Source: Halobacteriovoraceae bacterium (GTDB lineage: Bacteria; Bdellovibrionota; Bacteriovoracia; Bacteriovoracales; Bacteriovoracaceae). Taken from it: a stretch of DNA of 64,000 bases. This document shows, one piece after another, positions 59,188 to 64,000 of this stretch. A program made the position numbers and the translations under genes. How positions within the stretch are numbered: position 1 is the first letter of the stretch; every line of letters begins with the position of its first letter. The notes beneath the pieces are model-generated. The model had not been told where the DNA came from. It worked only from the letters and a program-made list of their open reading frames with translations, and did not search any database. The stretch lies in NCBI GenBank assembly GCA_963719505.1, contig CAVRCF010000003.1:256001-320000 (forward strand). The letters run 5' to 3'.

Positions 59188-59219
59188 AAGGCCATTCCAT
59201 TAGGAATGGCTTTTTTTTT
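59188..59219 (+). terminator. Intrinsic terminator
   Basis: GCCATTCC/GGAATGGC stem followed by a T tract. Confidence 0.8.
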
Positions 59220-59232
59220 GGGAGAAAACGAC

Positions 59233-59841
59233 ATGAAAACCATCAGCTTAGCGCTAAATCGACTCTTTTTTAAAGGATTGATAGTTGTCCTTCCTGTCAC
59301 ACTTACCATTTATTTGCTTATGGCCATCGCTACCAAAGCAGAAAATGTGTTTGGAACTCTGATAAAAGACCTTCTTGGTCCGTCTTTTTATGTTCCAGGA
59401 CTTGGAATCTTTCTCGCGGTACTAGCTTTAATTGGCGTTGGAATCCTTGCTGGTAACTTTTTAACAGGAAGAATTATCAAATTTGGTACTTCACAGTTTG
59501 AAAGACTGCCTTTTCTAAAAGCAATTTATAATCCCTTAAAAGATCTCATGTCTCTTTTTGGCGGCGACGACGAAAATAAAATGAAAAAAGTCGTGCTGGT
59601 TAATTTTGAAAAGCTCGGTTTTAGATCAATTGGTCTTGTGACACGTGAAGAGTTTTCAGATCTTCCTCCAGGATCGATCGCAGAAGATAATATTACAGTT
59701 TATATTCCTATGAGTTATATGCTTGGTGGTTTTACGGCCATTGTTCCAAGAAATAGTGTCACGGAAATAGATATGCCCGTTGAAAAAGCACTTAAACTTG
59801 CCATCACCGGATGGATTAAAGCCGATCCTAATGCAAATTGA
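59233..59841 (+). CDS. DUF502 membrane protein
   Basis: GLIVVLPVTLT, RLPFLKAIY, IGLVT, VYIP. Confidence 0.85.
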   Translation: MKTISLALNRLFFKGLIVVLPVTLTIYLLMAIATKAENVFGTLIKDLLGPSFYVPGLGIFLAVLALIGVGILAGNFLTGRIIKFGTSQFERLPFLKAIYNPLKDLMSLFGGDDENKMKKVVLVNFEKLGFRSIGLVTREEFSDLPPGSIAEDNITVYIPMSYMLGGFTAIVPRNSVTEIDMPVEKALKLAITGWIKADPNAN

Positions 59842-60484
59842 ATGTCCACTTTGTAAAAATTTAAAGATCAAAGAGTTTTATAAAGAGAAATTGCTCTTTA
59901 AACGCCTTTTTTATCGCTGTGAAGAGTGTTTACTTATTTTTTTAGATCCTAGGATGCATCTTCCTAAAAGCCTCGAGAAATCGAGATATGAGCATCACAA
60001 GAACGATAAAAGAAATGAAGGTTATGAAAAATTTCTAAGAACTCTTATCGATCCGCTAAAAGAATTTATTAATCCGAAAATGTATGGCCTTGACTTTGGT
60101 TGTGGACCTTATCCGATGCTTTGTGAAATTTTAAACGAAGATGGTTTTAATATAAAAGGTTACGACCCTTACTTTGAAGCAAATGAAGCACTTTTAAGAG
60201 GAAGCTATGACTATATTACAAGTTGTGAGGTCGTCGAGCACTTTAATGAACCGATAAAAAGTTTTGAATTGATAGATTCAATGCTTATTCCTGGTGGAAT
60301 TTTAGGATTAAAGACTTCAATTTACTCCGATGAGATCGATTTTGCTTCTTGGTATTATATCAAAGACGATACTCATATCAGTTTGTACTCCCAAGAGACT
60401 CTTGAGTGGCTGGCCAATCACTTCCATTATGAGGTCCAATCTATTTCCAAGACGACGGCTTTTTTCAAAAAGCTTCGAGGCTGA
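59831..60484 (+). CDS. Class I SAM methyltransferase with N-terminal zinc finger
   Basis: CPLC...CEEC, LDFGCGP, EVVEHF, WYYIKDDTHI. Confidence 0.85.
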   Translation: MQIECPLCKNLKIKEFYKEKLLFKRLFYRCEECLLIFLDPRMHLPKSLEKSRYEHHKNDKRNEGYEKFLRTLIDPLKEFINPKMYGLDFGCGPYPMLCEILNEDGFNIKGYDPYFEANEALLRGSYDYITSCEVVEHFNEPIKSFELIDSMLIPGGILGLKTSIYSDEIDFASWYYIKDDTHISLYSQETLEWLANHFHYEVQSISKTTAFFKKLRG

Positions 60485-60538
60485 CAAATTGCCTTAATTA
60501 ATCTATGGTGCTCCAAAGAACATCTCACGGAGAACTAA

Positions 60539-61993
60539 ATGGAAAAACCTACAAATTACCCAAGTAATCCTAAGCACTTATGGAATATTTTTTACGATTT
60601 TACCCAGACTCCAAGGCCTTCAAAGTATGAGGGGAAAATCTCTGAATACATTATTAACATCGCAAAAGATAAGAATTTAGAATTTAAAACTGATGATGTG
60701 GGCAATATTTTTATTTATGTACCTGGAAGGGGCTCAAGAAAGAATGCCCAACCGGTTATTATTCAGAATCATATTGATATGGTCACCGATGCGCTACCTG
60801 GAGTAAAGATTAACTTTAGAGAAGATCCACTAGAAATCGAGGTGGTTGATGGTTGGATTCAAGCAAATGGAACAACTTTGGGCGCAGATAATGGGATTGG
60901 ATGTGCGACTGCTCTTGCTACAATTTTTGATGATTCTTTAGAAAATCCACCTCTTGAACTTCTTTTTACAACAGATGAAGAAACTGGTCTCAATGGAGCT
61001 CAAGGTATTGATGTTTCCCATCTCACAGGCAAAAAAATGCTTAATCTCGACACTGAGGAGTGGGGAAGTCTCTACATCGGGTGTGCTGGGGGAATTGATT
61101 ACGATTTCAATAAAGATCTTGAGTTGAGTGAAGCTAAGATGGATAAAATCTTAAAACTTTCGGCTTCAGATTTTATTGGAGGTCATAGTGGTCTTGATAT
61201 CCATCATCAAAGAGGAAATGCTAATAAGGTTCTTTCAACAATTTTACAAAGAGTGAATCGACAAGTTGGCTTAGAACTCGAGAGTTTTCGATGTGGAAAA
61301 GCCCATAATATAATTCCACGAGATGGATTTTGTGTTTTTAGGGTCGATTCAAAAAATTTTGAGGCCGTAGAAAGAATAATTTCTGATTATGAGCTCGAAC
61401 TAAAAAGTTTTCTTCCAAAAAATGATCAAAAATTTAAATTTAGCTTAGAAATTATTGATTCTTCCGCTGAAAAAGTCATCTCAGGGCGTGAGCTTCAAAA
61501 TATTCTCACTTTTATGAACCTTTTTCCTCATGGGGCCCATTCTTATGATCTCAATAATCGAGAAATAACGGCAACAAGTAATAATATGGCCATCACGATC
61601 ATTATGAATGGAAAGTTTTATGCCCTGACCTCGCTTAGATTCTTTGATCGCAATGAAATAAAAGCAATTGAAGAGAAACTCATTGCTCTTAGTGAGGCAA
61701 GCCATATCAAATGGTCAAAAAACTCAGAATATCCTTCTTGGAAGCCCGTTATGGAGAATTCAGTTTTGGATACAGTCGTTGAGGTTTATAAAGAGACTTT
61801 TGGAGAGGAACCAGTTATAACTGCTATTCATGCTGGATTGGAATGTGGGATTCTTAGGGATAAGATTGGACCGATTGATGTTTGTTCTTTTGGACCAACG
61901 ATCACGGGAGCTCATTCTCCGGATGAGAAAGTTAATATCGAATCGGTTGAAAAGTTTTGGAAATTATTTAAAAATACACTAGCGAGGATCTAA
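60539..61993 (+). CDS. pepD: Aminoacyl-histidine dipeptidase (M20)
   Basis: HIDMV, TTLGADNGIG, DEETG, NLDTEE, GGHSG, HAGLECG, HSPDE. Confidence 0.93.
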   Translation: MEKPTNYPSNPKHLWNIFYDFTQTPRPSKYEGKISEYIINIAKDKNLEFKTDDVGNIFIYVPGRGSRKNAQPVIIQNHIDMVTDALPGVKINFREDPLEIEVVDGWIQANGTTLGADNGIGCATALATIFDDSLENPPLELLFTTDEETGLNGAQGIDVSHLTGKKMLNLDTEEWGSLYIGCAGGIDYDFNKDLELSEAKMDKILKLSASDFIGGHSGLDIHHQRGNANKVLSTILQRVNRQVGLELESFRCGKAHNIIPRDGFCVFRVDSKNFEAVERIISDYELELKSFLPKNDQKFKFSLEIIDSSAEKVISGRELQNILTFMNLFPHGAHSYDLNNREITATSNNMAITIIMNGKFYALTSLRFFDRNEIKAIEEKLIALSEASHIKWSKNSEYPSWKPVMENSVLDTVVEVYKETFGEEPVITAIHAGLECGILRDKIGPIDVCSFGPTITGAHSPDEKVNIESVEKFWKLFKNTLARI

Positions 61994-61995
61994 AA

Positions 61996-62352
61996 ATGTC
62001 TTACGAAATTTACAAAATCATGCATATTGTCTCTATTGTTCTGTTTTTTGCCATTTATGGCATGGCCGCAGTCAAAGCCGTGAAAAATGAGAACATCAAA
62101 TTTGAAAAAATCGTTACTGGAGTTCTTCTTCTTTTACTTATTACTTCTGGAATGGGTCTTGGAGCAAGACTTGGTGTTATGAAAGGTGGATGGCCTTTGT
62201 GGCTACAAATTAAACTTGGTATCTGGTTTGTCATCGGTGCCTCTGGACATATGGTTCTTAAAAGATTTCCTCATTTTGCCATGAAATTTTTCTGGATTAT
62301 GATAGGCCTTCTGGTTCTTGCAAGTTATATGGCAAATTATAAAATAGGCTAG
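61996..62352 (+). CDS. Small 4-TM membrane protein (SirB2-like)
   Basis: YKIMHIV, LLITSG, WLQIKL. Confidence 0.55.
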   Translation: MSYEIYKIMHIVSIVLFFAIYGMAAVKAVKNENIKFEKIVTGVLLLLLITSGMGLGARLGVMKGGWPLWLQIKLGIWFVIGASGHMVLKRFPHFAMKFFWIMIGLLVLASYMANYKIG

Positions 62353-62401
62353 GCTTGCAAAAACTTGCCATCTTAGCTGATTGTTTTTACAATTAGTTGA
62401 T

Positions 62402-62623
62402 ATGATTAGATTTATAATAAATTTCTACATTGTGATAATCATTATCGATGCTATTTTGAGCTACTTTCCACAATTCAAGGAAGAAAGCTGGGCGAAGATG
62501 ATCAAAAAAGCTGCTGATTACACAACGAAACCAGTGAGAGGATTATTACCTGCGGACCTTCCGTTCGATCTTTCTCCACTGATTGTGATTTTTGGATTAA
62601 ATCTCATTAAATTACTTTGGTAA
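62402..62623 (+). CDS. YggT-family membrane protein
   Basis: AILSYFP, T.PVR.LLP, DLSPLI. Confidence 0.85.
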   Translation: MIRFIINFYIVIIIIDAILSYFPQFKEESWAKMIKKAADYTTKPVRGLLPADLPFDLSPLIVIFGLNLIKLLW

Positions 62624-62635
62624 CAAGGAAGTTGC

Positions 62636-63448
62636 ATGTTTGTAGATGATATTGATGCTCTCGTCAAAGAGACCATAAGTCATTCTGAGGGTCTTAATAG
62701 AAATCCATTTATGGATTTTAGTTTTAATACTGATGAATGTGGTCCCGGCCAAGTTCCAGGCGTTTTTTATCACCTAGAAAAGAAAGTCTCCACTTTTGTT
62801 ATCAGAATCTTTGAGTCTCAAAATCTAAGTGCTGACTACCAAGATATACTAGATCACCCTGAAAATTACCCCTCTTTAAGACTTATTGATGAAGAAGATC
62901 ATCATGTTGCTGATAGGCTTAAGTATTTTGAGTGCGATCTGTTTGAGCTTGCGAGAAATATAAAGTCTGAGCTGGCCAATAAAAGATTTCCTATTTTTGA
63001 AGAGCATATCTTTAATGTTTCTGATCCAGGAGACAGTTGGTGGGTTAAGCTGGATGACAATCAAATCAAAATATTTTTTAAACTTTCAAGAACTGAGAGC
63101 ATGGATAAACTTATCAAGCTTGGGCCTTTGGGAGATGCAAAGGTCGCAATGGAGAAATTTAATAGACTCTATGGCTATTTTAAAATGCTCTTTCCTATCG
63201 AGGATTACTCAAGTGCTCATGGTCAATTCACTATTAAAAGTGATGACCAAAACAAAATGTTTTACGCGTTTAAAAAAATATTTTCTAAAGGTGATAGTGG
63301 TTTTGAGTTCTGGGATAGTCTTAGAAAGTTGGAGATGAAGTCTCAAAATGAACCTTTTATTGAATCATTAAAACAGGCAAACCTCTTTATGATGGACCTT
63401 GCAAATATAAGACGTTTTTGGATCCAGATTCAAAATCAAATCGACTAG
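62636..63448 (+). CDS. Hypothetical protein
   Basis: 270-aa ORF with AAGGA SD. Confidence 0.7.
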   Translation: MFVDDIDALVKETISHSEGLNRNPFMDFSFNTDECGPGQVPGVFYHLEKKVSTFVIRIFESQNLSADYQDILDHPENYPSLRLIDEEDHHVADRLKYFECDLFELARNIKSELANKRFPIFEEHIFNVSDPGDSWWVKLDDNQIKIFFKLSRTESMDKLIKLGPLGDAKVAMEKFNRLYGYFKMLFPIEDYSSAHGQFTIKSDDQNKMFYAFKKIFSKGDSGFEFWDSLRKLEMKSQNEPFIESLKQANLFMMDLANIRRFWIQIQNQID

Positions 63449-63457
63449 GATGAATAA

Positions 63458-64000
63458 ATGAAATTTATGTTAACCGCCGCATTGTTGGTAGTAAGTACTG
63501 TGTCTTTTTCTCAAAGTGGAGATAGTAAACAGCAAGCCGAGGAAGTGAAAGAGAACAAAGAACCAACTCAAGAAGATCGCTCCAATCGATATGCTAGAGT
63601 TGTTGTTGATGAATCTCGTATGAATCGAGAAAACCTCAAGTTCACTTTTGACTTTAATTTAACAGGCCAGATGTTGCAGTCTCAAGCATCGGGAATAAAT
63701 ATTGGGTACTTTAAAGATCTTGATAATATTATTTATCTTTCTTATTTTGAATTAGAACATAATGATTATGATTGGTTTGATGAAGAGTTAGACAATGGAT
63801 ATATTATTGAGGCTGCTTTAAAACACTTTGTCGGTAACTCTTTTTATATTCGTCCCTCTATCTACTTCTACTCTCAAGAACTTGCTGACGATGAAGATTA
63901 TGATAGCGCATCGAATAGCTACATTATAACAGATAAGACAGTCTATAAAGCCGCGGGAGTTGGATTTAATATCGGAAACCAGTGGCAGTGGGAGAACTTC
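63458..64000 (+). CDS. Putative outer-membrane beta-barrel protein (runs off window)
   Basis: Manual translation: signal peptide MKFMLTAALLVVSTVSFS, alternating strands, HFVGNSFY, IGNQWQWENF. Confidence 0.6.
   Translation, partial: MKFMLTAALLVVSTVSFSQSGDSKQQAEEVKENKEPTQEDRSNRYARVVVDESRMNRENLKFTFDFNLTGQMLQSQASGINIGYFKDLDNIIYLSYFELEHNDYDWFDEELDNGYIIEAALKHFVGNSFYIRPSIYFYSQELADDEDYDSASNSYIITDKTVYKAAGVGFNIGNQWQWENF

Overview
AT-rich bacterial chromosome segment. Gene content (many secreted peptidases and cell-wall hydrolases, FliO with a large periplasmic extension, IGNQWQW-type outer-membrane protein) suggests a predatory Bdellovibrionota member, probably Bacteriovorax/Halobacteriovorax-like; this is inference. 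It carries mostly core genes: coaE, phhAB, an ABC-F ATPase, an aldehyde dehydrogenase, tRNA-Glu and tRNA-Lys, mtaB, purA, murJ, uvrC, SpoIID plus amidase, dsbA, dacB-like, hup, the fliLMNOPQR-flhBAFG-fliA operon, feoAB, xth, rlmK-like, clpSA and pepD. I saw no mobile element, prophage or CRISPR array. Clustered indels break mtaB, flhB to fliA, clpA and a histone H1-like gene; these are most likely consensus errors. The most interesting signals are regulatory: (1) an unannotated ~76-nt sRNA at 32291-32366 (-) with a CU-rich anti-Shine-Dalgarno seed complementary to the fliL ribosome-binding site; (2) recurrent GGA-loop (CsrA/RsmA-type) hairpins in flagellar gene leaders and a four-site array upstream of an orphan gene; (3) sigma-28-like promoters upstream of non-flagellar genes, including a secreted Gly-rich octapeptide-repeat protein, a LAS-type murein hydrolase operon and the histone H1-like gene.
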